Assembly: GCA_965216565.1 (NCBI GenBank)
Contig: OZ244170.1
Location: 4,416,001 to 4,480,000 of the forward strand
Length of the DNA stretch: 64,000 nt
DNA from: Bythopirellula sp.
GTDB taxonomy: Bacteria; Planctomycetota; Planctomycetia; Pirellulales; Lacipirellulaceae
Reading direction: 5' to 3'
Part shown: positions 31,435-42,839 of the stretch, in pieces
Layout of the letters: every line of letters begins with the position of its first letter
Numbering within the stretch: the stretch's first letter is position 1
The notes under the pieces: generated by a model
Seen by the model: only the letters and a program-made list of their open reading frames with translations
Databases searched by the model: none
Told to the model about the DNA's origin: nothing
Position numbers and translations under genes: made by a program

Positions 31435-33327
31435 ATGTCCGCGATTGAAAACTCCCGATCATTTCGAATTTCGTCCCTCTTCCTGCTGAGCCTGTCGGCA
31501 TTGGTGTACAGCGCCCATGCTGCTGAGCCTACAACCGTGGTCGTGTCAGACGGGCAGGCAAAAGCTAAGGTGACTGCGTCAAAGGCCTCCGCACCTAAGG
31601 CAAAAAAAACAAAGACGGGATCCGCGGCAGGCACGTTGGTATTCGTGGATCAAACGACTTCCAAGAAACAATCCACATCGAGAGCAAAGTCCACACGGCC
31701 AGCTCAACGTACCAGGCTAAACAGGACTGCTAGCAGACCTGCAAGCAAGGCGAACTCGCAAAGATCAACTAACCAAACGGTTCAAAGAACTACCAAGCCC
31801 GCGGCAACCGAGCAAGCCGCACGCGTCGCGCCCGCCAGAGTTGCGTCCAACAGAATTGATCGGCGTGTGCAACCGGCCTCCAGCGAGCAGCCCGTTGCCA
31901 AGGCAACTGAGCAGCCGCGGAAGGTGGCCAAAGTTCGTAAGCAGCAACCCAAGCCGGTTGATTCCGATCCGGTTGCGAAGATGTTAGTGCATGCTCATCA
32001 GCTATCGCAGACGGCCGCCACGGAAAAGCAGTTCAACGAAATCGCCGTCATCTGCAACACGGCTGAGGGGTTGGGCGCGAAGGGTGACCAGCTGATGTTT
32101 GCTTTGCAGCTACACAGTTGGGCGATCAAAGAACGCGATCAGATCCGAGTCAAGCAGCTCGAGTCTCAGCTAATCGCCGAGAAAAACGAGCAACAGCAGC
32201 GTGCTTTGGAAGCAGAGCAACAGTTGCGTGCGGAGATGGCCAAGCAGAAACTTCGCGTACAACAAGCCGAGCAGAAAATCGAAGCCGAAGCACTTGCTAA
32301 GAAACTGCGGTCTGAGCGAATTTCCCAACAGCGTCAAACCACCTTGGTGCAACAGCGACTCCGCAACGAGATCGCGGAGCAAAAATTGCGTGCCGAGCGT
32401 GCCGAGCAAAAACTTGCCCAGCAACGTCTCGAACCAATCGAGCCCGAGCCAGAAGTGATTGACGTCTTCGAGATGCCGATGAACGACACGTTTGCTGAGG
32501 CACCGGTAGCACTGGCCCCTGTGGCCGTGGCCGCCAATTCGCAACGGCAAGTCGTCACTCCTACCGAGCCCCGTGGTGGCAACGATTGGCAAGCTTTGCA
32601 CGATCGGGCCGTCACTTTTGCCGAGCAAGGCAAATTGGCTGAGGCACTGCGTAGCTTCAATCATGTGATCGAGCTCAATCCGATGTTTGCCAAGGCCTAT
32701 AGCAATCGGGCTACGTTGCACGTTCAAGCGGGCAATCTCGATTTAGCTATTCACGATTACAAGAAGGCATGCTCCTTAGACAATCAAATGCTGCATGCTC
32801 ATCTTGGTTTGGGTCGAGCCTATCATCAGCTAGGAAAACGCGAAGCGGCACTTAAGAGTTTGAACCAGGCGATCGAACTCGATCCTGAGAATCCTGAACT
32901 GTACTGCAGTCGTGGCGATTTGCTGGCCGACATGGGCAGCTATCGCAGTGCCCTCTCGGACTACGCTCAGACGATCGATCTCGACACGGAATTCGCCCAC
33001 GCCTATCGCAACGGTGCCTGGCTATTGGCAACATGCCCCGATCCACGTTTTCGCGATCCGACCAATGCCATTCGGGGTGCCCAACAGGCGCTGGAGTTTG
33101 GTTACGGCCAGCGACACATTGCTCTCGACACTCTGGCAGCGGCATTGGCTAGCGATGGCCAGTACGAAGAGGCAGCCAAGACCATGCGTGAGGTGATTGA
33201 AATTGCACCAAGCGATGCTCGCGCCATGTACGAGTCGCGATTGGCAGGCTACGAGGTCGAAGCTCCGTTCTTCGAGCAAATGCCCGAGGATATCGCCCAA
33301 GCGGCATATGAGGTTTCGGATCAGTAG
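31435..33327 (+). CDS. Secreted TPR protein with low-complexity and coiled-coil regions
   Basis: Signal peptide, Q/E/R coiled coil, TPRs, AWLLATCPD...LDTLAAA motif. Confidence 0.85.
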   Translation: MSAIENSRSFRISSLFLLSLSALVYSAHAAEPTTVVVSDGQAKAKVTASKASAPKAKKTKTGSAAGTLVFVDQTTSKKQSTSRAKSTRPAQRTRLNRTASRPASKANSQRSTNQTVQRTTKPAATEQAARVAPARVASNRIDRRVQPASSEQPVAKATEQPRKVAKVRKQQPKPVDSDPVAKMLVHAHQLSQTAATEKQFNEIAVICNTAEGLGAKGDQLMFALQLHSWAIKERDQIRVKQLESQLIAEKNEQQQRALEAEQQLRAEMAKQKLRVQQAEQKIEAEALAKKLRSERISQQRQTTLVQQRLRNEIAEQKLRAERAEQKLAQQRLEPIEPEPEVIDVFEMPMNDTFAEAPVALAPVAVAANSQRQVVTPTEPRGGNDWQALHDRAVTFAEQGKLAEALRSFNHVIELNPMFAKAYSNRATLHVQAGNLDLAIHDYKKACSLDNQMLHAHLGLGRAYHQLGKREAALKSLNQAIELDPENPELYCSRGDLLADMGSYRSALSDYAQTIDLDTEFAHAYRNGAWLLATCPDPRFRDPTNAIRGAQQALEFGYGQRHIALDTLAAALASDGQYEEAAKTMREVIEIAPSDARAMYESRLAGYEVEAPFFEQMPEDIAQAAYEVSDQ

Positions 33328-33657
33328 AAGTGATCTCGAATTCGCTTAGGTTCTTCCACAGTTCTCAAGAGTAGACAAAAAAATGTCTACCACAGAGAAA
33401 ACGGTAGGGTGGCGCTGCTAGGCCCACCGATTGGGCAGGCTCTCAATAGGAGAGGATCGATCAGCCGCCGCTCCGCTTTGGCTCACTATGGCATTCATCT
33501 CTCTCTTCGCCTTCCATTCCCGAAGCGACTAACAAGACTTCTTTTCACACTGCAATCCTATCGCTTCCGACTGCCTCTTCGATCGTCGGAGTTGAGAAAA
33601 CCCGGGGTTTGCAACTCGCCTAGGACCATGAAGCCTGAGGTAGTTAGGTCACTGAGA

Positions 33658-33865
33658 TACGCCGAAGGCGTTACATACAGTAGCCCAGGGTTGATCGCGG
33701 AGCGATCTACCCTGGGTCCCAATCGACATCATCTCTACCCTCTACCCTGAAGGGGTTGTACATCTTGTGAAACCCTTTCAGGGTATATTTCTTCGCCTTC
33801 ACATACCCAGGGTAGCGGCTGCGCCGCAACCCTGGGCTACGGTATGTATCCCCTTCGGGGAATGC
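33658..33865. repeat. Large REP doublet (REPIN-like) palindrome
   Basis: gtagcccagggttg...ccctggg / taccctgaagggg...ccctttcagggta / cccagggtagc...caaccctgggctac form nested inverted arms. Confidence 0.7.
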
Positions 33866-33999
33866 CCAAGGCGTGAGACACTCAGCACAGTTCACGTAAA
33901 TAAAACCAGAAGAGGCACGCAGCGATTCTTCGAGCGAATCGAATCCTGGCCATTGAGGGGTAACCGCTCTATGCAATCGCGCCATAGCGTTCAAACGCA

Positions 34000-34947
34000 T
34001 TACATCAACTGCCAGTTGCCTGTCGCTACCACGTAGATGCCTAGTAGCAGATTCGTCACGGCGTGGGCGATGACGCAGTCCCAGATGTTGCGGGTGCGGA
34101 CCATCAGCCAGGTGACCATGCTGAACCACACAAAGGCGGCTAGCAGCTCGCCGGGATGCATCAGCATAGGGATCGCCGTGCCGAGGATCACCGCCATGCG
34201 GTTCACTTCGCCGAAAGGGACCTTCCACCATTGTGGTTCTACAACGTAACGCATAATGAATCCGCGCAGGAAGAACTCTTCGATCACCGGCACGATCAGT
34301 GCCAACCCAGTGAAGCGAATAGCTAGAAACAGATAAGCCCAAACGGGCGTGGCTGCTAAGTGCTCGAGCGGATTAAAGGCGGGACGTTCGCCGGCGCCGA
34401 TGAGGTTCATGAGTCCGATGCCGGGAGTTTCGTCTTCTTCGAACGTCAGCAACAAGTTGCCAAGAAAGCGGTCCACCGGCCCCAGAATTTTTACTTCGAG
34501 TTGCAGTTGGCACAGCCAAATCCACAATACGACTCCCACAACGCCCACTACGATACTTAGCCATCTAAACTTCCAGGGAAATGCCAGATAACCGCTGCTA
34601 ACGGCCAACATCGCGATCAGTGTGAGCGCGATCTTTGCCGTGTAGACCCAGGGGTAATATTCGTAGGGTATCTCCGGCAGGAATCCTGAGGGCTCCGGCG
34701 GGAAATAGGGCTGCGTAGTTTCCGAGGTTTCAGATTGGGACGCCGCAACGGGCGGGGCGTCCTCTTCCGGAGGCGTTGGTTCGAAACTGCCGACGACCAT
34801 ATAAACGAGCATCGGCAAAAGAAAAGTTGTCCATGGCCAACGCGAAGGGAGGCTTTTCGACTGAGAGGCGGTGGCAGCCGGTGGTTCCCCTGGCAGATTG
34901 GCGATCTCAGGTCTATCTGCTGGGTTGTCTTGAGCGGACTCAGGCAT
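34000..34947 (-). CDS. CAAX prenyl protease-related membrane protein (PEP-CTERM/exosortase-associated type)
   Basis: PVIEEFFLRGF, late H, AHAVTNLLLG. Confidence 0.85.
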   Translation of the reverse strand: MPESAQDNPADRPEIANLPGEPPAATASQSKSLPSRWPWTTFLLPMLVYMVVGSFEPTPPEEDAPPVAASQSETSETTQPYFPPEPSGFLPEIPYEYYPWVYTAKIALTLIAMLAVSSGYLAFPWKFRWLSIVVGVVGVVLWIWLCQLQLEVKILGPVDRFLGNLLLTFEEDETPGIGLMNLIGAGERPAFNPLEHLAATPVWAYLFLAIRFTGLALIVPVIEEFFLRGFIMRYVVEPQWWKVPFGEVNRMAVILGTAIPMLMHPGELLAAFVWFSMVTWLMVRTRNIWDCVIAHAVTNLLLGIYVVATGNWQLM

Positions 34948-35402
34948 AGAATTGCCTATCTGATTTTCTGGTAAGCAGTTAACGCGATTCTGAATGGCTC
35001 TCACAAGGCACGATAGCACCGCGCCGACGACCGCCTTCATCCTATATTAGCTCGTCGTGAGTACAATTCAGTAGTGAAATCGCTCTTTGCACTATTGCGG
35101 GCGATCCCTAATCTACTGAAACCCCTAAGACTAGCTACCGTGATATAGGCACTAGATTAGCGTGAAATTGACCATTTGCACTAGAAATCTGATAGTGTAC
35201 AGGAGACAATACAGGGCTGTCCCACCTATGAGGCAGGGCGTGAGGAACCGCCCTTTTTCTTAGTAAAGCGCTTGGAGCATTTCCGCTTCGAAGTGCCCCC
35301 TGAAGAAATTTTTAGCACATCTGCATTGGTGCGATGTGCGATTTATTAATTTTTGAACCACTAGACGTTTATTAGTTGTTCGTTTGAGGTTGAAGAAACG
35401 AC

Positions 35403-37499
35403 ATGGACCTTCGCAAAGTTCGCAACATTGGTATTTCGGCTCACATCGATTCAGGGAAAACGACCCTCAGTGAGCGCATCCTGTATTACGCTGGCCGCAT
35501 CCACAAAATTGAGGATGTGCGCGGAGGTGGCGATGGTGCAACGATGGACCACATGGAACTGGAGAAGGAGCGTGGCATTACCATCACCAGTGCCGCCACC
35601 AGTTTGGAATGGAACGACCACTCGATCAACTTGATCGATACCCCGGGCCACGTTGACTTTACGGTTGAGGTGGAGCGCAGCCTGCGCGTTCTCGACGGAG
35701 CCGTGCTCGTACTATGCTCGGTTGGTGGTGTGCAATCGCAGTCGATGACGGTCGACCGCCAAATGAAGCGATACAACGTTCCGCGATTGGCGTTCATCAA
35801 TAAGATGGACCGCACAGGTGCCGATCCTGTTTCGGTGACAAATCAAGTCCGCGACAAGCTGCATGCCGATGCCGTGATGATGCAGCTTCCGATTGGTGCC
35901 GAAGAAGACTTTGAAGGCGTGATCGACTTGCTAACCATGAAGGCAATTTACTTTGATGGCGCTAAGGGTGAGACCATCCGCGAAGAAGAGATTCCTGCCG
36001 ATCAACTCGAAGAAGCCAAAGAAGGCCGGCATCACATGCTCGAAGCCTTGTCGATGTACAGCGACGAACTGATGGAGCTACTTCTGAGTGAGGAAGAAGT
36101 GCCGCTGGAGTTGGCCCACAAGATTATCCGCGATGCGGTGATTAACCAAGGTTTTACCCCTGTTTATCTGGGCTCTGCCTATAAGAACAAAGGCGTGCAG
36201 CCGTTGATGGACGCCATCAATCGCTATCTGCCCTGTCCTCTCGACCGAGTCGTGAAAGCCAGCAAGCATGGCAATCCCGAAGAGAAGATCGAGCTGGAGA
36301 ATGTCGCAGACAAGCCGTTCGTTGGTATGGCGTTCAAGATCGTCGACGACGAATTTGGCCAGCTGACGTTTACCCGTATCTATCAGGGAACCGTGAAGAA
36401 GGGCGAAACGTATTACAATCAACGCACCGGCAAGAAAGATCGCTTTAGCCGCGTGATGAAGATGCACAGTGATAAGCGAGAAGAAATCGACGAAGCCACT
36501 GCGGGCGATATTGTGGCGATCATGGGCATCGATTGTGCTAGTGGTGATACTTACAGTTCCGAACACAAATATTGCAACCTAGAGAACATCTTCGTCGCCG
36601 AGCCGGTGATTAAGATGTCGATCAACCCGCTGACCCGCGACGGCACCGACCGTCTGGGGAAAGCCTTGCAACGTTTCCGCAAGGAAGATCCTACGTTCCA
36701 CGTCTTTACCGACGAAGAGACGGGCGAAACCGTGATCGCCGGTATGGGCGAGTTGCATCTGGAAATTTACGTCGAGCGTATTCGTCGCGAGTATCGCGTG
36801 GATGTCGAGGTGGGTGCTCCGAAGGTGAGTTACCGCGAGTCGGCAACCGTCACCTGCAATTTCGATCATAAACGAAAAAAGCAGACGGGTGGTTCTGGTC
36901 AGTATGGTCACATCGTAGGTTCCATGGGCCCGATGGACGACGAAGATCGCGAAGAGGCCGAGGGCGAATTGCTATTCGTCGATAATGTCACCGGCGGTCG
37001 CATTCCTAAGCAGTACATTCCTGCTGTAAAGAAGGGCGTCGAGAAAATGATGGAGAAAGGCCCCGTGGCTGGTTTCCCGGTGGTCGATCTTAAGTTTGTG
37101 CTCGACGATGGTACCTATCACGACGTGGATAGTTCCGACATGGCATTCATGTTGACGGCTCAAGAGCTGATTCGCGAGCAGTTCTCCAAGATGAAACCAG
37201 CACTGCTGGAACCCATCATGCTGGCGGAGATCGAGTGTCCTGAAGAGTTCCAAGGTAGCGTCGTGGGCAACTTGGCCAGCCGACGTGGCATGGTTACCAG
37301 CACGGACGTTTTTGATGGCGTCTGCCGAATCCTTGCTGATCTGCCTCTTGCCGAGACGTTTGGCTACTCGACTGACCTGCGAAGTATGACACAAGGTCAA
37401 GGCACATTCACGATGGAGCTTTCCAAATACAAGCCTGTGCCAAGTAACATTCAGGAAGAGATTGTTGCCGAACGAAAAGCAGAGCTTCAACCTGCGTAG
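35403..37499 (+). CDS. fusA: Elongation factor G (stand-alone paralog)
   Basis: [40 protein letters not shown]. Confidence 0.95.
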   Translation: MDLRKVRNIGISAHIDSGKTTLSERILYYAGRIHKIEDVRGGGDGATMDHMELEKERGITITSAATSLEWNDHSINLIDTPGHVDFTVEVERSLRVLDGAVLVLCSVGGVQSQSMTVDRQMKRYNVPRLAFINKMDRTGADPVSVTNQVRDKLHADAVMMQLPIGAEEDFEGVIDLLTMKAIYFDGAKGETIREEEIPADQLEEAKEGRHHMLEALSMYSDELMELLLSEEEVPLELAHKIIRDAVINQGFTPVYLGSAYKNKGVQPLMDAINRYLPCPLDRVVKASKHGNPEEKIELENVADKPFVGMAFKIVDDEFGQLTFTRIYQGTVKKGETYYNQRTGKKDRFSRVMKMHSDKREEIDEATAGDIVAIMGIDCASGDTYSSEHKYCNLENIFVAEPVIKMSINPLTRDGTDRLGKALQRFRKEDPTFHVFTDEETGETVIAGMGELHLEIYVERIRREYRVDVEVGAPKVSYRESATVTCNFDHKRKKQTGGSGQYGHIVGSMGPMDDEDREEAEGELLFVDNVTGGRIPKQYIPAVKKGVEKMMEKGPVAGFPVVDLKFVLDDGTYHDVDSSDMAFMLTAQELIREQFSKMKPALLEPIMLAEIECPEEFQGSVVGNLASRRGMVTSTDVFDGVCRILADLPLAETFGYSTDLRSMTQGQGTFTMELSKYKPVPSNIQEEIVAERKAELQPA

Positions 37500-37730
37500 G
37501 GGATGTGTGAAGTTTGATTGTTGAAGTTTGAAGTTTCAGCTTGAGACTTCTCAACAATTTGTTTTCACATATCTAACTTCTCACACCACTGGCGCAGCCG
37601 TGTTGCCATGCAACACAGGGCTCACGCCAGCTACCCGCGCATTCTCGACGACGCATCAGATTTCCCGGTGCGGCCGGAATGACAGACAGGGTGTTCAGCT
37701 TCCACACTTCAACAATCAAACATCAAACTT

Positions 37731-38012
37731 CTACCAGCGTCCTCCCCCACCACCACCGCGAGGTCGTTCGGCTTTGGGGCGGGCTTCGTTGACGGTGATC
37801 GTCCGGCCGTCCACCTCTCGACCGTTCAGACTCTCGATAGCAGAGCGGCCATCATCGGGATTCGACATCGTGACGAATGCGAATCCACGTGGTCGGCCCG
37901 TTTCGCGGTCGGTGATTACGGCGACTTCATCCACCGGACCATGGGCACCAAACTCGGATTGCAAGGTGTCTTGGGTAGTGGAGTACGACAAATTTCCTAC
38001 ATACAACCTCAT
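37731..38012 (-). CDS. RRM RNA-binding protein with Gly-rich tail
   Basis: RNP2 LYVGNL and RNP1 RGFAFVTM. Confidence 0.92.
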   Translation of the reverse strand: MRLYVGNLSYSTTQDTLQSEFGAHGPVDEVAVITDRETGRPRGFAFVTMSNPDDGRSAIESLNGREVDGRTITVNEARPKAERPRGGGGGGRW

Positions 38013-38615
38013 CGATCCTAAACTCCAATCATCTGGCACCATCGCTTCCGCGACCGCAAAGCCCACGAGGGCAATGGACGCAACGAAAGCAACGTGTCTA
38101 GTCGGCCAACTCAAACCCGTGTGATGAGCCCCAACAACTCATCGGGGAGTTTCTGGTCTGAGTGCCCATTTGGATAATGCTCTCCCCAGCAATGCGACGC
38201 GATCCCCACTGCAGCATTCTTATTGATAGAGCGTCACAAACTTATCGTCGGCTAAGTTTAGCAATTCATGTGCATATTCCAACGCGTTTTTTTGCGTGTG
38301 CTAGAAATATGTTTTTCACAAGAGAGAGGGCGAAAATTCGATTCCCTTGACTTTATAGGAGAAAAGCTTCCTTGGAGGTGGCAATTAACCTGCGGATTTT
38401 ATTTCGATGTTTTTTTCCAAGCCTGGGAGCTTCCCTGCAACAAATCGGTATACCGCTAGCACATCACGACTTTGGCCGAGGGCGTAGATTCTCGTCTTTA
38501 CTCAAATTCCCAAATCGTTTTACACTCTTCGTCCTGCTGAGGAGCCGTTTTAAAAGCGATGCGACCCTCGGCAGTTTGGTAATGGATAGGCCTCTAAGCT
38601 TGAAGGAGCTTTCTG

Positions 38616-39626
38616 ATGATGCGGTTTTCGAAACTGTTGTTGTTAAGCGTGATGAGTATTTGCCTGGTTGTGCCGCCTGTTTCAGGAGCTGGGATTGATA
38701 AATCGGTTCGGCTCGATCCGAATCTTCCTATCTATCATCCGTTGGCCATCGATCAAGTGGCAGGACAACTGAAGCTGGGTGGTTCAAACACCCTCTCGCA
38801 CGTCGCGGCGGTTTGGATTGCAAGCTTCCAGAAGATCTATCCTCAAGCAAAGATCAGCGTCGAGGTGAACGGTTCGCGATCCGCCGTGAAGGATGTAAAA
38901 AGCGGTGACACTCACATCGGACTACTGAGCCGACGTGTTCGTCCCGAGGAGATTGAAGATTTTCACAAGACCTTAGGTCACCCGCCCACCGTGCTCACGC
39001 CTTGCTTAGAACGCACCGCGATCTACGTAAATAAGGACAACCCCATCGAGGGTCTGACGCTGGCACAACTCGACTCGATCTTTTCTAACGAATGCAAACG
39101 TGGTTCCGAGAAATCGTGCGGCTACTGGGGTGGGTTAGGCTTGGAAGGTGAATGGCGCGGCCGCAAGATTGTGGCTAATGGACGCACCAAAGACACCGGC
39201 TCGCAAGTGTTTATGCAAGAAGCTGTGATGCTGGGAGCCACGATGCGTGAAGACTTGGTAACGCACGAATCGAACATCGAGCTGATTCGAGAGATCGCCA
39301 AGAACCCTGGTGCCATTGGTTTCGCTGGGTTGGCGTATGCCACGCCGGAAGTTCGCGCAGTGCCACTTGCAATTCATGACGGCCAGCCCTTTGTAGCGAT
39401 CGATTCGCCTGAAGCAGATCGAGGCGCCTACCCACTCGTGCGTCGTTTGCAATTGGTGGTGAAGCATGATCCCAAGAAAGAGCTACCGCTGATTGAAAAA
39501 GAATTTATCAAATACGTTTTCAGTACTCAGGGTCAGGAAGATGTGGTGAAGGCTGGGTTCCAAGCGATTCCTTCGCGTCCGGCACGCGTCGCTCTCGATG
39601 CGGTTGGTTTGGGACTCTCTCGATAG
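38616..39626 (+). CDS. PstS-family phosphate-binding protein
   Basis: GSNTL, GSRSA, DTGS, IGFAGL, YPLVRRL, GQEDV. Confidence 0.8.
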   Translation: MMRFSKLLLLSVMSICLVVPPVSGAGIDKSVRLDPNLPIYHPLAIDQVAGQLKLGGSNTLSHVAAVWIASFQKIYPQAKISVEVNGSRSAVKDVKSGDTHIGLLSRRVRPEEIEDFHKTLGHPPTVLTPCLERTAIYVNKDNPIEGLTLAQLDSIFSNECKRGSEKSCGYWGGLGLEGEWRGRKIVANGRTKDTGSQVFMQEAVMLGATMREDLVTHESNIELIREIAKNPGAIGFAGLAYATPEVRAVPLAIHDGQPFVAIDSPEADRGAYPLVRRLQLVVKHDPKKELPLIEKEFIKYVFSTQGQEDVVKAGFQAIPSRPARVALDAVGLGLSR

Positions 39627-39705
39627 CATTCAGTCATCAATCACCTTCCAGCGACGATGCGTTTCATATTGCGACGTCGGGATCAACTGATTAGGAATCA
39701 ATCAC

Positions 39706-41001
39706 ATGAAAATCTTTTCCTCACGAATTCTACCAGCTCTGTTGGCAGTCGTGCTGCTACCCTTCGACACCTCCGCGGTGGAGCCGAACCGCGCGAATAC
39801 CCAAGCGAAGCTGTCGCCCAACGGCGGGTTTAGCTCGGGCAATGCACGTAACAATACCGGATTCAACAATGGCACCTCGTTCACGGCACCAGCTGTGCGC
39901 GATCGGACTAGCCCCGCGCCGAGCCTGTTTCCTTCCAACGGAAACTCTGGTGCAACAGCAGGACTTGATCCTTCGTTGTCTGAGTATTGGGCTCCAATCC
40001 CTGAACAAGTGGCGCAGACCACCGAACGTCAGAAGTGGCGTTTGGGCATCTACCCAGAGAATACTGACACCGGCGTCCGCGTTGGCGAAGTTGTGCGAGG
40101 CTCGGCTGCCGAGCGAGGCGGATTGGAAGTGAACGATCGCATCGTCGGCATCGGAGGGTACCAGGTGGGCTACGTCAACGGCACGCTGTACGACATTGGT
40201 GCGGAGTTCGAGCGACACGCCGATCAAAACGGCTGGGTCCGCGTGTTGGTCCAGAACAATCGTGATGGCAATTTGATTAACATGCCTTTGCAGCTTGATC
40301 CGCGTAACGAAGCGATCACCGGCAGCATTGCCTACCGAGACCGATCGGCACTGCCGCGCGATGCTGTGGCCACGGTGGAATTGCGGGAAGTGCTGCGTTC
40401 CGATCTGCGACCTGTGACCATTGCCCGCCAGACCATTTCTCCGGCAAATCGCATCCCCATTACTTTCGCCATGGAATACGACCCCGCCGAGATCGATTCG
40501 CGTCGGACCTATGTGATCGACGCCAATATTACCTCCGGCGGTCGGCAAATATATGCCATGCGTCAGTCGGCACCGATTTTCAATGGCCGGCCTAGCAAAG
40601 ATGTGCAACTCATCGTCGAGTCGACGTCACGCGGCGGAAACCCGGCGTTTGACCGAAATAGTCAGTTGGAACAAATTGCCAGCTGGTTCCGCGAATATCT
40701 GCGTCGCGAACCACGCTCGCAGGAGCTCTATGTGTGGGAATCACACTTGGCTCGTGGTGGTTCGCTTGAGGACGTGCAACTACAAATCCTCAGCACGCCG
40801 GAATTCTACTATCAGGCGGATGCCAATGATGAAGTGTATATCCGTCGGATGTTCCAGCTAGTGGTGGGCCGTCAGCCCTCGCAACAGGAAGTGTTCGACT
40901 GGAACCGCCGCTTGCAGGATTACAATCGTTTGCGGCCGGAGCTAGCGCGGGAATTCCTGGAAATGGCAGGCGCCCAAGCGGCGAACCCGGTGCGGCGATA
41001 G
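39706..41001 (+). CDS. Secreted PDZ + YbaY-like + helical repeat protein
   Basis: LGI...GSAAERGGLEVNDRI (PDZ); ITGSIAYRDRSALP...YDP (YbaY-like); YLRREP/VVGRQP repeats. Confidence 0.7.
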   Translation: MKIFSSRILPALLAVVLLPFDTSAVEPNRANTQAKLSPNGGFSSGNARNNTGFNNGTSFTAPAVRDRTSPAPSLFPSNGNSGATAGLDPSLSEYWAPIPEQVAQTTERQKWRLGIYPENTDTGVRVGEVVRGSAAERGGLEVNDRIVGIGGYQVGYVNGTLYDIGAEFERHADQNGWVRVLVQNNRDGNLINMPLQLDPRNEAITGSIAYRDRSALPRDAVATVELREVLRSDLRPVTIARQTISPANRIPITFAMEYDPAEIDSRRTYVIDANITSGGRQIYAMRQSAPIFNGRPSKDVQLIVESTSRGGNPAFDRNSQLEQIASWFREYLRREPRSQELYVWESHLARGGSLEDVQLQILSTPEFYYQADANDEVYIRRMFQLVVGRQPSQQEVFDWNRRLQDYNRLRPELAREFLEMAGAQAANPVRR

Positions 41002-41206
41002 CACATTGTCGCTTGAAATCTCGTGCCTTGGACGTACACGATTCGATCGCTAGTTCCTGATATAGCCGAATCTTAATAGCATTTTTCCGTATGTTTTCGG
41101 CTATATATAGCAAACGAGAACTATTTCATGAAGACTTTCTGGCAACAGGTGGACCGCGCTCTTATATAGTGTACATTAGTTTACATCCCTTGGTTAGATT
41201 ACTATC

Positions 41207-41923
41207 ATGGCAACTACTTCATCAATTGAATGGACGGAAGCTACCTGGAACCCTGTTACAGGTTGTTCCAAGATTAGTTCGGGTTGCGTCAATTGCTATG
41301 CTGAACGAATGGCTAAGCGGCTGGAAGCTATGGGCCAGGATAGATATGCAAATGGCTTTAAGGTCACATTGCAAAGAGACATAGTCGATCTTCCCTTGCG
41401 ATGGAAAAAGCCTAGGCTCGTTTTTGTCAATTCTATGAGCGACCTGTTCCATAAGGATGTTCCTGATGACTATATTTTCGACTGTTTTGAGGTAATGAAC
41501 TCAGCGAGCCAACATACGTTTCAGATTTTGACCAAGCGTCCGGACAGAGTTGTAGAACTAAAAAACCGTTTGTCTTGGGGTCCAAACATATGGATTGGTA
41601 CGAGCATAGAAAACTCTGAGTTTACATGGCGCTCAAGGCTAATCGCAAGAATACCTGCAGCAATTCGATTTCTTTCTGTGGAACCATTATTGGGGCCGAT
41701 ACCTCGGTTGCCATTGAAAAATATAAACTGGGTAATTGTTGGAGGTGAATCTGGACCTGGTGCCAGGCCACTACAAGCTGAGTGGGTCAGAAGTATACGC
41801 GATAGATGTATTTCTTTTTCCGTACCTTTCTTTTTTAAGCAATGGGGAGGTACTAATAAGAAGCGAACTGGCCGAGAATTGGATGGTCGTTTTTGGGATG
41901 AAATGCCAGTAGCCAAAGGTTAA
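41207..41923 (+). CDS. DUF5131 (phage Gp37/Gp68) three-Cys-motif protein
   Basis: [59 protein letters not shown]. Confidence 0.9.
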   Translation: MATTSSIEWTEATWNPVTGCSKISSGCVNCYAERMAKRLEAMGQDRYANGFKVTLQRDIVDLPLRWKKPRLVFVNSMSDLFHKDVPDDYIFDCFEVMNSASQHTFQILTKRPDRVVELKNRLSWGPNIWIGTSIENSEFTWRSRLIARIPAAIRFLSVEPLLGPIPRLPLKNINWVIVGGESGPGARPLQAEWVRSIRDRCISFSVPFFFKQWGGTNKKRTGRELDGRFWDEMPVAKG

Positions 41924-41928
41924 TTCCC

Positions 41929-42795
41929 GTGGGCAAGAAAACCGACAAGTGGGATGAGTTATGTAAGCTTGTAGGACGAAAAGATGGTTTGCCTGTCCGC
42001 GAGTCTGGTGCTTGGGCGATAGAGAAACTCCACTATTGGAATCGTTACATTGAAATTGTAACTATGGCCATGGTAGGAAATCCAGCCTGGAGAGCGGGTG
42101 TATGCTACGTCGATTTGTTTTCAGGCCCTGGCGTCTGCGAAATTCGAGGGACTGAAGAAAGAATCCCCGGTTCACCACTACTTGCAGCGTATGCTTCAAA
42201 ACCTTTCACAAAAATTCTTCTTTGTGAAAAAGAAGAAAAACTCTTCGATGCATGTGGCCAGCGACTCTCTCTTAGCCCAGCATCAGATTGTTGTGAGCTG
42301 TTTCTAGGTGATTGCAACGTGGAAATCAATAACATTGTTAGATCACTCCCGGGTCGTGCACTTACAGTAGCATTTCTTGATCCTACGGGATTGCATTTAC
42401 ATTTTGAGACGGTGAAAAAGCTTTCGGCTGATCGGCCGGTTGATCTACTAATCTTGTTTCCTGATGCAGTTGATATTTTGCGAAATGCAGATCATCTATA
42501 TTTCGATCAGCCAGAATCGAAGCTAGACCAGGTGTTAGGCCCCAATTCTGATTGGAGAAAACTTAAAGCTGATTCCAACACTACCGATGGCTCAAGCATG
42601 CGCCGCTTGTACTCAGATATATACAAAAGCCAACTAAGTAAGCTAGCAGGATATAGTCACTTTAGGGATGAAGTTATATCCGGGCCATCTGGGCCCCTAT
42701 ATCGGCTGGTCTATGCCACAAAGCATGAGCGCGGGGTCGATTTTTGGGACAAGAGCGTGGCCAAAGATTCGGGGGGCCAAAAGCGTATGTTCTGA
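41929..42795 (+). CDS. tcmP: Three-Cys-motif partner protein (methyltransferase fold)
   Basis: EKLHY, YVDLFSGPG, GDCN, FLDPTG, LYRLVYATKH; starts 5 bp after DUF5131. Confidence 0.8.
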   Translation: MGKKTDKWDELCKLVGRKDGLPVRESGAWAIEKLHYWNRYIEIVTMAMVGNPAWRAGVCYVDLFSGPGVCEIRGTEERIPGSPLLAAYASKPFTKILLCEKEEKLFDACGQRLSLSPASDCCELFLGDCNVEINNIVRSLPGRALTVAFLDPTGLHLHFETVKKLSADRPVDLLILFPDAVDILRNADHLYFDQPESKLDQVLGPNSDWRKLKADSNTTDGSSMRRLYSDIYKSQLSKLAGYSHFRDEVISGPSGPLYRLVYATKHERGVDFWDKSVAKDSGGQKRMF

Positions 42796-42839
42796 ATTCG
42801 AGGAATACGAGCGACATGTTAGCTTGAATCTAGCTTCTT

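Noticed and set aside
39757..40608. 283 aa antisense ORF
   Set aside because: Overlaps the PDZ-YbaY gene on the opposite strand; no motifs.
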